Below, one piece after another: positions 27,454 to 41,800 of a stretch of DNA of 64,000 bases. The translations under genes and the position numbers were made by a program. The stretch is taken from NCBI RefSeq assembly GCF_006345805.1, contig NC_043002.1, positions 36,084,001 to 36,148,000 of the forward strand, in the 5' to 3' direction. Below the pieces are notes generated by a model. That model did not search any database and was not told the DNA's origin. It was given only the letters and a program-made list of their open reading frames with translations. The first letter of the stretch is position 1, and every line of letters begins with the position of its first letter. This DNA comes from Octopus sinensis. Lineage: Eukaryota.

Positions 27454-30400
27454 CAGTAATCCCTCGACTATCACAGATGTTATGTTCCAAAACTTCCCAC
27501 AGTAATAATGAAAATATATAAAAACATAAATACTTATTGGCCGCAGAAACCTGTGATATACTGAGGAATCCGTGATATACATTTACATATATTAGCCAGA
27601 AAAATCCGGGATGTACTGAGTGCACGATAGGTGAGCCACGATGTACAGAGTGCACAATAAGTGAACTGCAATGTATTGAGTGTTTGATTGATGAACCACG
27701 ATGTACTGAGTGCATGATAGGTGAACTGTGATGTACTGAGTGCACGATAGGTGAGCCACGATGTACAGAGTGCACAATAAGTGAACTGCAATGTATTGAG
27801 TGTTTGATTGATGAACCACGATGTACTGAGTGCATGATAGGTGAACTGTGATGTAATGAGTGCATGATAGGTGAACTGTGATGTACTGAGTGCATGATAG
27901 GTGAACTGTGATGTGCTGAGTGCATGATAGGTGAACTGTGATGTACTGAGTGCATGATAGGTGAACTGTGATGTAATGAGTGCATGATAAGTGAACTGTG
28001 ATGTACTGAGTGCATGATAGGTGAAATGTGATGTGCTGAGTGCATGATAGGTGAACTGTGATGTACTGAGTGCATGATAGGTGAACTGTGATGTATTGAG
28101 TGCATGATAAGTGAACTGTGATGTACTGAGTGCATGATAGGTGAACTGTGATGTACTGAGTGCATGAAAAGTGAACTGTGATGTACTGAGTGCATGATAG
28201 GTGAACTGTGATGTAATGAGTGCATGATAAGTGAACTGTGATGTACTGAGTGCATGATAGGTGAAATGTGATGTGCTGAGTGCATGATAGGTGAACTGTG
28301 ATGTACTGAGTGCATGATAGGTGAACTGTGATGTATTGAGTGCATGATAGGTGAACTGTGATGTAATGAGTGCATGATAAGTGAACTGTGATGTACTGAG
28401 TGCATGATAGGTGAAATGTGATGTGCTGAGTGCATGATAGGTGAACTGTGATGTAATGAGTGCATGATAAGTGAACTGTGATGTACTGAGTGCATGATAG
28501 GTGAACTGTGATGTAATGAGTGCATGATAAGTGAACTGTGATGTACTGAGTGCATGATAGGTGAAATGTGATGTGCTGAGTGCATGATAGGTGAACTGTG
28601 ATGTACTGAGTGCATGATAGGTGAACTGTAATGTATTGAGTGCATGATAAGTGAACTGTGATGTACTGAGTGCATGATAGGTGAACTGTGATGTACTGAG
28701 TGCATGATAAGTGAACTGTGATGTACTGAGTGCATGATAGGTGAACTGTGATGTGCTGAGTGCATGATAGGTGAACTGTGATGTACTGAGTGCATGATAG
28801 GTGAACTGTGATGTACTGAGTGCATGATAAGTGAACTGTGATGTACTGAGTGCATGATAGGTGAACTGTGATGTGCTGAGTGCATGATAGGTGAACTGTG
28901 ATGTACTGAGTGCATGATAGGTGAACTGTGATGTACTGAGTGCATGATAAGTGAACTGTGATGTACTGAGTGCATGATAGGTGAACTGTGATGTGCTGAG
29001 TGCATGATAGGTGAACTGTGATGTACTGAGTGCATGATAGGTGAACTGTGATGTACTGCGTGCATGATAGGTGAACTGTGATGTACTGAGTGCATGATAA
29101 GTGAAGCGTGATGTACTGAGTGCATGATAGGTGAGCTGTGATGTACTGAGTGCATGATAGGTGAACTGTGATGTACTGAGTGCATGATAGGTGAACTGTG
29201 ATGTACTGAGTGCATGATAGGTGAACTGTGATTACTGAGTGCATGATGATAGTGAACTGTGATGTACTGAGTGCATGATAAGTAAACTGTGATGTACTGA
29301 GTGCATGATAGGTGAACTGTGATGTACTGAGTGCATGATAAGTGAACTGTGATGTACTGAGTGCATGATAGGTGAACTGTGATGTACTGAGTGCATGATA
29401 GGTGAACTGTGATGTACTGAGTGCATGATAGGTGAACTGTGATGTACTGAGTGCATGATAGGTGAACTGTGATGTACTGAGTGCATGATAAGTGAAGCGT
29501 GATGTACTGAGTGCATGATAGGTGAGCTGTGATGTACTGAGTGCATGATAGATGAACTGTGATGTACTGAGTGCATGATAGGTGAACTGTGATGTACTGA
29601 GTGCATGATAGGTGAACTGTGATGTACTGAGTGCATGATAGGTGAACTGTGATGTACTGAGTGCATGATAAGTAAACTGTGATGTACTGAGTGCATAAGT
29701 GAACTGTGATGTACTGAGTGCATGATAGGTGAACTGTGATGTACTGAGTGCATGATAGGTGAACTGTGATATACTGAGTGCATGATAGGTGAACTGTGAT
29801 GTACTGAGTGCATGATAAGTGAAGCGTGATGTACTGAGTGCATGATAGGTGAACTGTGATGTACTGTGCATGATAGGTGAACTGTGATGTACTGAGTGCA
29901 TGATAGGTGAACTGTGATGTACTGAGTGCATGATAGGTGAACTGTGATGTACTGAGTGCATGATAGGTGAACTGTGATGTACTGAGTGCATGATAAGTGA
30001 AGCGTGATGTACTGAGTGCATGATAGGTGAACTGTGATGTACTGAGTGCATGATAGGTGAACTGTGATGTACTGAGTGCATGATAGGTGAACTGTGATGT
30101 ACTGAGTGCATGATAAGTGAACTGTGATGTACTGAGTGCATGGTAAGTGAACTGTGATGTACTGAGTGCATGATAGGTGAACTGTGATGTAGTGAGTGCA
30201 TGATAGGTGAACTGTGATGTACTGAGTGCATGATAGGTGAACTGTGATGTACTGAGTGCATGATAGGTGAACTGTGATGTAATGAGTGCATGATAAGTGA
30301 AGCGTGATGTACTGAGTGCATGATAGGTGAACTGTGATGTACTGAGTGCATGATAGGTGAACTGTGATGTACTGAGTGCATGATAGGTGAACTGTGATGT

Positions 30401-30683
30401 ACTGAGTGCATGATAGGTGAACTGTGATGTACTGAGTGCATGATAAGTGAACCACGATGTACTGAGTGCATGATAGGTGAAGTGTGATGTACTGAGTGCA
30501 TGATAAGTAAACTTTGATGTACTGAGTGCATGATAGGTGAACTGTGATGTACTGAGTGCATGATAAGTGAAGTGTGATGTACTAAATGCGTAATTGATGA
30601 ACCATGATGTACTGAGTGTGTAATAGGTGAACCACGATGTACTGAGTGCACGATAAGGGAACTACAAAATGGTAAAGGATTAC

Positions 30684-30685
<2 letters not shown>
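27454..30685. mobile_element. Tigger/pogo-type MITE carrying an internal minisatellite
   Basis: TA|CAGTAATCCCTCG at the left end and AAGGATTACTG at the right end (imperfect TIR). Confidence 0.7.
27610..30660. repeat. 30-bp minisatellite, ~100 copies (GATGTACTGAGTGCATGATAGGTGAACTGT)
   Basis: Directly visible tandem array with patterned variants and a few small indels (~29232-29250, 29695, 29866). Confidence 0.98.
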
Positions 30686-30731
<46 letters not shown>

Positions 30732-31130
30732 CCAACACATCCCTTCACTCTTTGTACCACAAATAAATAAACAAATAAATCAACTGAAATAATTTTGCAG
30801 AATTGACAAGAGTTAAATGTATTTTTTGTAGATTTGATGATTTCATTTTTGTAAATATAAAATAAAAGAAATCAAAACAAAAAAAGGGAATTTTTACTTA
30901 TATATCTATAACTGTAATACACACTCATACATACATATATATATATACACATACATATGCACATATATATGTATGAATATTATATATAAATATATATATA
31001 TATATATATAAATGCACATATATATACATTATATATATATAATGTATATATGTATGTATGTATATGTATATATGTATGTATGTATATATATATATGTATG
31101 TATGTATATATACATATATATGTATGTATA

Positions 31131-31193
<63 letters not shown>

Positions 31194-32617
31194 TGTTGTT
31201 TTTTTTGTTCCCTTTTATTTGAAGTTGAGGAAATTAGTACGTAAGTACTTATATACAATGAAAACTATTTTTGGGACTTCTTTGAATCTATGAAATGAAT
31301 ACTGTTGAGGGGAAAGAATATTTTCTGTGTTTGATCTTATGTCTTATATGCTGTGTGCTGTTAAGACATGAAGATAAGTGGTGGGGAAGGTATGGATCAT
31401 GTTCTTATTTTGTAGATTTGTTTAGTAACATGTCATCTCTGTTTCCTTATCACTAACAACAGTTATATGTATTTGTCTGTGCTGAATTTAGACTTGTTGG
31501 GGCCCTAAGCTATATAAAGCTTGGAGGTTCCTTATCAAAAATTTACACCTGAAGGTCTCACAAAAATTGAAAACATATATGCCTTTTAATTATTTTGAGG
31601 CCCCAATGGATTGTAAAACCACAAACTGTAGTTTGTTCAGCTTTTGCCTAAATCTGGCACCGGTGCACATGTGTGTGTGTGTGCGTGTGTGTGTGTGTGT
31701 AGTATTTTGTTTCGAAAAGAATTGGCTCCCAGAGCCTTTTTGTAACAAGAAACAAAGAGATATGAAAAAAGGTTTTAGAATTGTGAGATTAAAAAAAAAT
31801 AATAATAAGTAAAATCTTTTATTTCAATAAAGAGTCTAAACTCAATTTTAGTTTATTTATCTTTACACAAAGCGAAACTGTTTTTGTGTTTTAATTCATT
31901 CTTTTCTTCTCAGGAAAAAAAAATTTTTCTGTTATTATCTAAAGTGCTTCATTGTAAACATCATCATCATCGTCATCACCATTTAGTATCCATTTTCCAT
32001 GTTGGTATGGGTTGGTTGGCTTGACAGGAATTGGCAAGGCAAGGAGTCACACCAGGTTTCTTAGACTGTTTTGACTAAAATGCTACAGCTGGATACCCTT
32101 TCTATTGGCAGCCACTTTATAGAGTATACTGGGTGCTTTTTACGTGATCCTACCACCAGAACTTTTTTAATGTGGCACCACCAACAGTGCTTTTTATATG
32201 GCACCAGCACCAGTGCATTTTACATGGCACCAGTACCAACACTGATGCTTTTTATGTGGCACCTTGGTTTTAGGATACCAATTCTGTTGTGGTGGGCAGG
32301 CCTTCTTGAGTACAGCAATGTGCTACATATCTTAGTTCTCTGTCATCTCCTTCAAAATGATTTGTTGTATTTAGTTATGTTACTACATGTTCTGCTCTCA
32401 AATTTTGCTGAGGTTAACTTTATCTTTCATTTTATGAAACTTAATAAATTAAGATGTAAATGTGACCATGTTGTAAGAAATTTGCTTCCTAACCACATGG
32501 CTCCAGGTTCAGTCTCATTGCATGGTACCTTGGGCAAGTCTTCTACTATAGCTCCAGGCTGAGCAAAGCCTTATGAGTGTATTTGGTAGATGGAAACTGA
32601 AAGAAGCTTTTCAATAA

Positions 32618-32656
<39 letters not shown>

Positions 32657-32671
32657 TAGATATATATATAT

Positions 32672-32854
32672 AAAATAAATATAAGAGAGTGGTCACTATA
32701 TGGCTCACTCTAGCACCAGTTAATCCAAAAGGTTTCAACCACAAAAATATACATATTTATATATATTTATATATATATATTTTTGTGGTTGAAACCTTTT
32801 GGATTAACTGGTGCTAGAGTGAGCCATATAGTGACACTCTCTTATATTTATTTT
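32672..32854. repeat. Near-perfect ~80-bp inverted repeat around a TA-rich spacer
   Basis: ...cactatatggctcactctagcaccagttaatccaaaaggtttcaaccacaaaa and its reverse complement; one 1-nt indel. Confidence 0.95.
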
Positions 32855-32981
32855 GTAAAAATATTATAATATATTATAAAATATTATAATAATCCAGGTT
32901 TCTCGGAGCACTAGGCCACTTGGTGTAGAATAGATATACTATTAAATTAGTATCTAATTCTCTCACCCTTATTAATTAATG

Positions 32982-33012
<31 letters not shown>

Positions 33013-33279
33013 TATATATATAGATAGATAGATAGATAGATATATAACACTAAGCATTAAATAGATATTATAGCTATTTGATGTTATTTAATACCTGTAA
33101 CCATCTATATTATTGCTGTTATTATTATCAATATATTATATTTACTGCAGATAATATAAACAATAATATCTTTATGAATATTCACATCTGAATATTCACT
33201 CCTTATATATGTGTATGTATGTTTGTATGTGTGCGTGTGAGTGTCTTTTTGTTTGTTTCCCACCAATGTTTGAGAACTC

Positions 33280-33890
33280 ATGGTTTGAAGTCCTATCTAT
33301 CTATCTAGATTGTCCTTCAAGACACTTCAAGACTGTTTCTACACATTTTCCCCATTCATCTCTATCTTCCATAATGGTTCTCAGCTCCTGTACCCCTTCT
33401 ATACCAGTATCCTCTCACAAGCTGTCGATATAAGTCATCTTTCTCTTTCCTCTCCTGGTTCTTCCGTTGGTTGCCAGAGCACTAGCTTGTTATCAATTTC
33501 ATTGGTATGTCTGATGCAGTGTCCAGCTAGCCTCATCCTTCTACACTTTATCTTCAATGTTACTTTTGGTAATCCCTGGTATAAGTCGGTATTTCTTGTA
33601 TGACTCTTCCAGGAGACATTGAGTGCTATTCTAAGCATCCTCATATAACAACCGTCCAACTGCTTTTTCAATGCTTTAGTAAGTGTCCAAGTTTCAGGCC
33701 TGTATAGAACAGACTCCACTGTTGCCAGAAACAACCTCACTTTCAATTTCTTTGCTAACTTTGAACTCCACACCTTTCTCAATTTATGGCATGCACTCCA
33801 GGTAAGAGCTTTCCTTGCTACGATGTCTTTTTCAGTACTTTGTGTCCACACATCAGGGTATTTGAAATTTTCAACTACCTTGAGTCCTGG
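33280..33890 (-). mobile_element. RTE-group LINE ORF C-terminal fragment
   Basis: FKYPD..., KLKVRLFLATVESVLY.PETWTLTK..LDGCYMRMLRIALNVSW, RRMRLAGHCIRH. Confidence 0.8.
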
Positions 33891-34191
33891 GATTGATTTA
33901 TTTGACTTAATCCTTCAATGCTGTGCCTCAGCATGGCCACAGTACAATAACTGAAACAAGTAAAAATTGGTTCTCATATGGACTGCAGTGTGGAAGTCTT
34001 GGTATATTACTCTTCTTTTCCGTGTTTTTGTAAATTGTAATGGTAGCTACAGTAGAGATTAGAAAGATTGACTTAGATCAGGACAATTATTATTACTTTT
34101 CATTCACCTTTAATGGTTTGCATTACAGCACAGATGTTAGGGCTAATTAGGTAACTGGTTCTTCAGTTATTATTGTGTGTGTATATATATA

Positions 34192-35487
34192 TCATCGTCA
34201 TCATCATCGTCGTCATCATCATCATCACCACCACCATCATCATCATCATTGTTTAACGTCCGCTTTCCATGCTAACATGGGTTGGGTGATTTGACTGAGG
34301 ACTGGCTAACCAGATGGCTGCACCAGGCTCCAATCTGATCTGGTAGAGTTTCTACAGCTGGATGCCCTTCCTAACGCCAACCACTCCGAGAGTGTAGTGG
34401 GTGCTTTTATGTGCCACCGGCACGAGGGCCAGTCAGGCGGTACTGGCAACGGCCATGCTCAAATGGTGTTTTTTACATGCCACCTGCACAGGAGCCAGTC
34501 CAGCGGCACTGGCAACGACCCTGCTTGAATGTTTTTTCACATGCCACTGGCACAAGTGCCAGTATGGCGATGCCGGTTACGATCACACTCAAATGGTGCT
34601 TTTTATGTGCCACTGGCATGGAAGCCAGTTAGCTGTTCTGGCAACGATCACACTCGGATGGTGCTCTTAGCGCTCCACTAGCAAGGATGCCATTTATCGA
34701 ATTTCATTTTGATTTCACTTGCCTCAACAGATCTTCGCAAGCAGAGTTTAGTGTCCAATGAAGGAAAAATATGCATAAATGGGCTGGTTACACTCCTGGC
34801 ATAGGCCACGAGGTTATGGTCTCACTTGGCTTGCAGGGTCTTCTCATGCACAACATATTTCCAAAGGTCTTGGTCACTAGTCATTGCCTTGGTAAGGCCT
34901 AATGTTCGAAGGTCATGCTTCACCACTTCATCCCTAGTCTACCTGGGTCTACTTCTTTCACAGGTTCCCTCAACCGCTAGGGTGTGGCACTTTTTCACAC
35001 AGCTATCCTCATCCATTCTCGCCACATGACCATACCAGCGCAGTCGTCTCTCTTGCACACCATATCTGATGCTTCTTAGGTCCAACTTTTCTCTCAAGGT
35101 ACTTACATTCTGTCAAGTATGCACACTGACATTACACATCCATCGGAGCATACTGGCTTCATTCCTTGTGAGCTTACGCATGTCCTCAGCAGTCACGGCC
35201 CATGTTTCACCACTATGTAGCATGGCTGTTCATACACATACATCATACAGTCTACCTTTTACTCTGAGTGAGAGGCCCTTTGTCACCAGCAAAGGTAAGA
35301 GCTCTCTGAACTTTGCCCAGGCTATTCTTATTCTAGTAGCTACACTTTCAGCACACCCTCCCCCGCTACTGACTTGGTCACCTAGGTAGCGAAAGCTATC
35401 AACTACTTCTAGTTTTTCTCCCTGGAATGTGGTGGAAGTTGTTCTCTGCACATTTTCAGTGTTTGTTGCTCTTGAGTATCTGCCGCA
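34192..35487 (-). mobile_element. 5'-truncated RTE LINE (RT C-terminus + 3' UTR + (GAT)n tail)
   Basis: LEVVDSFRYLGD...RIRIAWAKFRELLPLL..LSLRVKGRLY; 3' UTR with internal ~60-bp repeats; (cat)n tail at 34192-34250. Confidence 0.9.
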
Positions 35488-37807
35488 TCAGTGGCAACTC
35501 TGGCACTCTGGCTGTTCAGACTTAGCCTGAATATAAATTTAGTAAAGCAAACATGTATTTGCAAGCTGATTTAATTTCTATGAACACTGACTTCAAGTAT
35601 GCAATTGCATCCAATAACTCGGGCTCCTTTTATTGAACCTGGTCACAGTTCATTTATTTTTGTCCAGCATCTGGTGGTGTCTTAGAAGTGCCCTGTGTCA
35701 AAAAATATCATTCGTAGTACATGCTCTCTCGACATCGGGCTCAGAAGTTACAGCCCAAGTTGTCATCTATAATTGTAAAACTTAAAAGTAATTTGAATTC
35801 AATGTTTTCTTGAAACAATAAATTTCTATAGAGATTAGTATTTAAATTCCAGCCTATGAAAATTTTCCATTCTACAATATTCTGAAAGGAATGAAAATTT
35901 ATCCAGCAACTCTGGCTAATATGAACAAGCGTAGTAGGTGTAAAAAACTAACTGGCGTCCCTTGTCAAGAGTACAGGCAACAGTCAGATCGCTGTTGTTT
36001 ATTGTGCACTCCACTGTCATTATTTGTTTGCTATTATTCTGTGTAGCATCTGTGTGCAAAGATCAGTTGTGTTTTGCAGGGTTGCTTTATTTTAAACCTT
36101 AACTTAGAAATGGATAAAGACAATGCTAGATATAAAAAATAAGCCATTTGGGGCTAGAAATAAAGAGGAAAAACATGAAATTCTTCAGGCAGGCATGTGT
36201 CTCTGCAAAATCTTTGATGAGCCCAAGTGACACTAATGACCAGAAGTCACCTCTGATATATATATATATATATATTTAAAATAATAAGGGTGAAAAATTG
36301 AATATTAATTTGACTAATATCAATTTAAAACCAGTGGTCTAGCATATAAAAAAATCTGAAGATTCAGAAAGACACTCCTGTCATTGGACAACAGATGAGG
36401 ATTCTGAAATTTCTTGCTGATCAACCACACAAACAATTTGTTTATAGTGATCAAATGTTTGTGTTCACATAAGCTCACACCTTCCATGAAATTGACATTA
36501 CCTGTACAGGTGCACAAGTGTGCCACACATTAGATGTCGAAATGATTGTAGAACAATGTGAAATGGAGCATTTTATTCAAGAATACAAACACATCACCCA
36601 GTCTGGGAACCAAAACCATGATCTTGCAATTGTGAATGCAGTGCCCTAACCACTAGGCCATGCAGCTTCACAATACACACACACACACTTGTTTTTTTTA
36701 TCTTTGAATTAATGGAAGAGAAAGATTTTTCTGGGGCTTTGTAGATGTGCTTGGGTGTTTGATATACATAGTTGCATAGATTGTAAGTGTTGGAATTTAC
36801 TGCAGCCACTCATGAGAGCAAGAACAAATCCCACACAGCACGGTATCCAACATCCAATGACACTGTCAATTCACCACCTTAGAAATACATAGTTTATCAA
36901 TGTGTTGATACCGTGTTGATTTCTTAATATCACATTTGATTACATCTTCTTTACATATAATATGTGATAAGTGGTTCATTAATCTATTTTGTTGTGTAAT
37001 CTTTGGTGGCTGAATTACCACATTTGGCATAATTGCTAATTATTGATATGAATTTACTTTCTATGACTGCATCATAAAGACTGATACTTCAGTTTCCAAC
37101 AAGTAACACTCTGAAAAATTCAAGTGGGACCCACAATGGAGTACTGCTCTCACATCTGGGGCCACAGTACTGCTTTTCCATTCAGACATCCTACAGATGG
37201 CATCCCCCATGCCAGCTGATTGGCATGAATATAAACCACCCGTTGGCTCACTGAAGAGTTGATTCTTGTCTTAACCTATACAACCGTTACCTGCAGTGAC
37301 CTCTGCTCTTCAGAACCAGCTGGTTTCATACCAACTTCACTTAGACACTTGTGACTCATTTGTTTCCCCTCCTTTTGTCAAGCAATTTGTATTAAATCCT
37401 ACTAGACTCAGTACTAACTACTATGCTCAGACCTTCCTTCACAGAACATCGATTTTCTCAATCTCCCCCATCCCAACCCTGCTAATATCCCTCTAGCAGA
37501 CATTGATCTGCAACCACCAGTCCAAGAGAGTTAGTTGGAGGCTAAAGGAACACCTCCTTCATGAAAAGAAATATGGATTTCTTATATAAACAAAGTGACT
37601 GATTAGTAAAGGAAGAAGAGCAGTGGGTGAGGGTGAGGTGGTAGCCAGAATTAGCTAACTGAAGTCACTAGTTCAGTTTTCAGTGACTGACTACAGAAAA
37701 GATGAAAGGCAAATGTTTCCACATGGATAAAAAAGAAAGGTCACTCTCAATACTGTTAAGCATTTAGTCAGGGAATGCATCATTTCTGCTTTCTATCACA
37801 CTGTCTT

Positions 37808-38254
37808 AATGGGCTACAGCAAATATTCTGCTCAATACCATAGATTTGCTTGTCCTTAACCAGTTGAGCATGTCCCTTAGTGGCTGACGATATGTGCATC
37901 ACTGATCATGAGCAGAAGTAGTGGGAGAGCATCATAGCCATGTGTTGAGAGGAATTCTTTGGGGTTTGAATAATTCACCTTTGTAAACATGGCAGTTTAG
38001 TTCAACATCCTTAAACAAGTCTTATTCAGGAACCTTTTGAGCAGGATGGGCTATTCAACTTGAAAATTCTAACTGGGCCCCACTTTCAAGGTCATGCGCT
38101 GTTTATCTTGGTATGAGATCACCATATCATGTGATATATGTGCCTGGTGTACCCTTATCAAACTGATAGTTATGATGGGTATACTGGGCTTTGTATATTT
38201 TGCCCCAGTGTCACTTTGATGGCATGCACTGCTCTCTCACTCAATAACAATAAC

Positions 38255-38287
<33 letters not shown>

Positions 38288-38290
38288 TTT
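37808..38290. mobile_element. Interspersed LINE/SINE-derived repeat adjoining an (AAT)n tract
   Basis: Segment more GC-rich than its flanks, ending gctctctcactc-(aat)n; family not firmly assigned. Confidence 0.4.
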
Positions 38291-38856
38291 CATTGATTGC
38301 AAGGCTCCAAGACATTTAGAACAACATCAAAGAATGAAATACAACACACAAAAAGGTGGAGTTTACATTAAACAAAAAGGAAACAACAAATAATAATTAT
38401 TTCTAATTAAGGCACAATTTTCGGTGGAGGTAGTTTGTTGATTAATTCAATCCCAATATTTGACTGGTATTTTATTTTATCAATCCCAAAAAACATGGCA
38501 AAAGCAAAGTTGCCTTAGCAGGATTTGAACTCACAATGTTCACAGCTGAAACAAATATGGCGAGGTATTTTATTTGATGTACTAATGATTCTCAGAGATA
38601 TTCTATGGAGGAAGTACTTTGAAGCATCTTATTGAACTACTTATGTCCAGTCTACCACTATACTATGATAGTTGTTATCATCAGCTTCTCAATCATACTG
38701 TGTTTATGTTATGATAAACTGAAGCACCTCATGTAGTAGTTGTTATGACCAATTACCACAATACTGTTATAAGTGCTGTGACAAGTTGAAGCATCCAGTT
38801 GTGGCACATTTATAAGCAATCTTCACCATATTGTTATATATGGTCTGTACTTTTAA

Positions 38857-41800
38857 CCCTTTAGCATTTAAGCCAACCATCATCATCATCATCATCATCA
38901 TCATTTAACGTCCGCTTTCCATGCTAGCATGGGTTGGACGGTTCAACTGGGGTCTGGGGAGCCCGAAGGCTGCACCAGGCCAGTCAGATCTGGCAGTGTT
39001 TCTACAGCTGGATGCCCTTCCTAACGCCAACCACTCCGAGAGTGTAGTGGGTGATTTTATGTGCCACCGACACAGGTGCGAGACGAGGCTGGCGAACAGC
39101 CACGCTCGGATGGTGTTTTTATGTGCCACCGACACAGGTGCCAGACGAGGCTGGCGAACGGCCACGCTCGGATGGTGTTTTTATGTGCCACCGACACAGG
39201 TGCCAGACGAGGCTGACGAACGGACATGATCGGATGGTGTTTGTTACGTGCCACGATCGGATGGTGTTTCTTACGTGCCCACAGCACGGAGGCCAGTCGA
39301 TGTGGTACTGGCTACGGCCACGTTCGGATGGTTTTCTTGTGTGCCACCGGCACTGGTACCACAAAGATACAAATTCCATTGATGTTCATCTATTTTGATT
39401 TGATTTGATTTGATTTGATTTTCACTTGCCTCAACAGGTCTTCACAAGTGTCACAAGAAGGAAGGAAGGTATGCACAGGTGAACTGACAACGTCCCAGGT
39501 AGGGGCCACGGGTTATGGCCTGACTAGTCTTGCCGGGTCTTCGGATGATGTTTTTATGTGTCTCCGACACAGGTGCCAGATGGATGGTGTTTGTTACGTG
39601 CCCACAGCACGGAGGCCAGTCGATGCGGTACTGGCTACGGCCACGTTCGGATGGTTTTCTTGTGTGCCACCGGCACTGGTACCACAAAGATACAAATTCC
39701 ATTGATGTTCATCTATTTTGATTTGATTTCATTTGATTTGATCACTTGTCTCAACAGGTCTTCACAAGTGTCACAAGAAGGAAGGTATGCACAGGTGGAC
39801 TGACTATGTTCCAAGTAGAGGCCACGGGTTATGGCCTGACTAGTCTTGCTGGGTCTTCGGATGGTGCTTTTATGTGCCACCAACACAGGTGCCAGATGAG
39901 GCTGGCGAACGGCCACGATCGGATGGTGTTTGTTATGAGCCCACAGCACAGAGGCCAGTCGATGCGGTACTGGCTACGGCCATGTTCGGATGGTTATCTT
40001 GTGTGCCACCGACCCTGGTACCACAAAGATACAAATTCCATTGATGTTCATCTATTTTGATTTGTTTTGATTTGATCACTTGCCTCAACAGGTCTTCACA
40101 AGTGTCACAAGAAGGAAGGTATGCACAGGCAGACTGACTACGTCCCAGGTAGGGGCCACGGGTTATGGCCTGACTAGTCTTGCCGGGTCTTCAGATGGTG
40201 TTTTTATGTGCCACCGACACAGGTGCCTGATGAGGCTAGCGAACGGACATGATCGGATGGTGTTTGTTACGTGCCCACAGCACGGAGGCCAGTCGATGCG
40301 GTACTGGCTACGGCCACGTTCGGATTGTTTTCTTGTGTGCCACCGGCACTGGTACCATAAAGATACAAATTCCATTGATGTTCATCTATTTTATTTTGAT
40401 TTTCACTTTCACTTGCCTCAAAAGGTCTTCACAAGTGTCACAAGAAGGAAGGTATGCACAGGTGGACTGACTACGTCCCAGGTTGGGGCCACGGATTATG
40501 GCCTGACTAGTCTTGCCGGGTCTTCGGATGGTGTTTTTATGTGCCACCGACACAGGTGCCTAGTCTTGCCGGGTCTTTGGATGGTGTTTTTATGTGCCAC
40601 CGACACAGGTGCCGGATGAGCCTGGCGAACGGCCACAATCGGATGGTGTTTGTTACGTGCCCACAGCACGGAGGCCAGTCGATGCAGTACTGGCTACGGC
40701 CACGTTCGGATGGTTTTCTTGTGTGCCACCGGCACTGGTACCACAAAGATACAAATTCCATTGATGTTCATCTATTTTGATTTGATTTGATTTGATTTGA
40801 TCACTTGTCTCAACAGGTCTTCACAAGTGTCACAAGAAGGAAGGTATGCACAGGTGGACTGACTATGTTCCAAGTAGAGGCCACGGGTTATGGCCTGACT
40901 AGTCTTGCTGGGTCTTCGGATGGTGCTTTTATGTGCCACCGACACAGGTGCCAGATGAGGCTGGCGAACGGCCACGATCGGATGGTGTTTGTTATGAGCC
41001 CACAGCACAGAGGCCAGTCGATGCGGTACTGGCTACGGCCATGTTCGGATGGTTATCTTGTGTGCCACCGACCCTGGTACCACAAAGATAAAATTCCATT
41101 GATGTTCATCTATTTTGATTTGTTTTGATTTGATCACTTGCCTCAACAGGTCTTCACAAGTGTCACAAGAAAGAAGGTATGCACAGGCGGACTGACTACG
41201 TCCCAGGTAGGGGCCACGGGTTATGGCCTGACTAGTCTTGCCGGGTCTTCAGATGGTGTTTTTATGTGCCACCGACACAGGTGCCTGATGAGGCTGGCGA
41301 ACGGACATGATCGGATGGTGTTTGTTACGTGCCCACAGCACGGAGGCCAGTCGATGCGGTACTGGCTACGGCCACGTTCGGATTGTTTTCTTGTGTGCCA
41401 CCGGCACTGGTACCATAAAGATACAAATTCCATTGATGTTCATCTATTTTATTTTGATTTTCACTTTCACTTGCCTCAAAAGGTCATCACAAGTGTCACA
41501 AGAAGGAAGGTATGCACAGGTGGACTGACTACGTCCCAGGTTGGGGCCACGGATTATGGCCTGACTAGTCTTGCCGGGTCTTCGGATGGTGTTTTTATGT
41601 GCCACTGACACAGGTGCCGGATGAGGCTGGCGAACGGCCACGATCGGATGGTGTTTGTTACGTGCCCACAGCACGGAGGCCAGTCGATGCAGTACTGGCT
41701 ACGGCCACGTTCGGATGGTTTTCTTGTGTGCCACCGGCACTGGTACCACAAAGATACAAATTCCATTGATGTTCATCTATTTTGATTTGATTTGATTTGA

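Noticed and set aside
27610-30660. CRISPR-like array
   Set aside because: Repeats are contiguous with no unique spacers, there are no cas genes, and the context is eukaryotic.
27389-30738. Long His-rich (MHSVHHSSPI)n and (SCTQYITVHL)n ORFs up to 1048 aa, tempting as cephalopod His-rich structural proteins
   Set aside because: They arise from a stop-free 30-bp unit inside a MITE; frames switch at indels, several frames are open, and there is no signal peptide or exon structure.
40226-40246. CTGATGAG-GCTAGC-GAAC in C-type array units as a minimal hammerhead (retrozyme-like array)
   Set aside because: GAAC instead of GAAA, no stem III or UH site, and most units read CAGATGAG or CGGATGAG.
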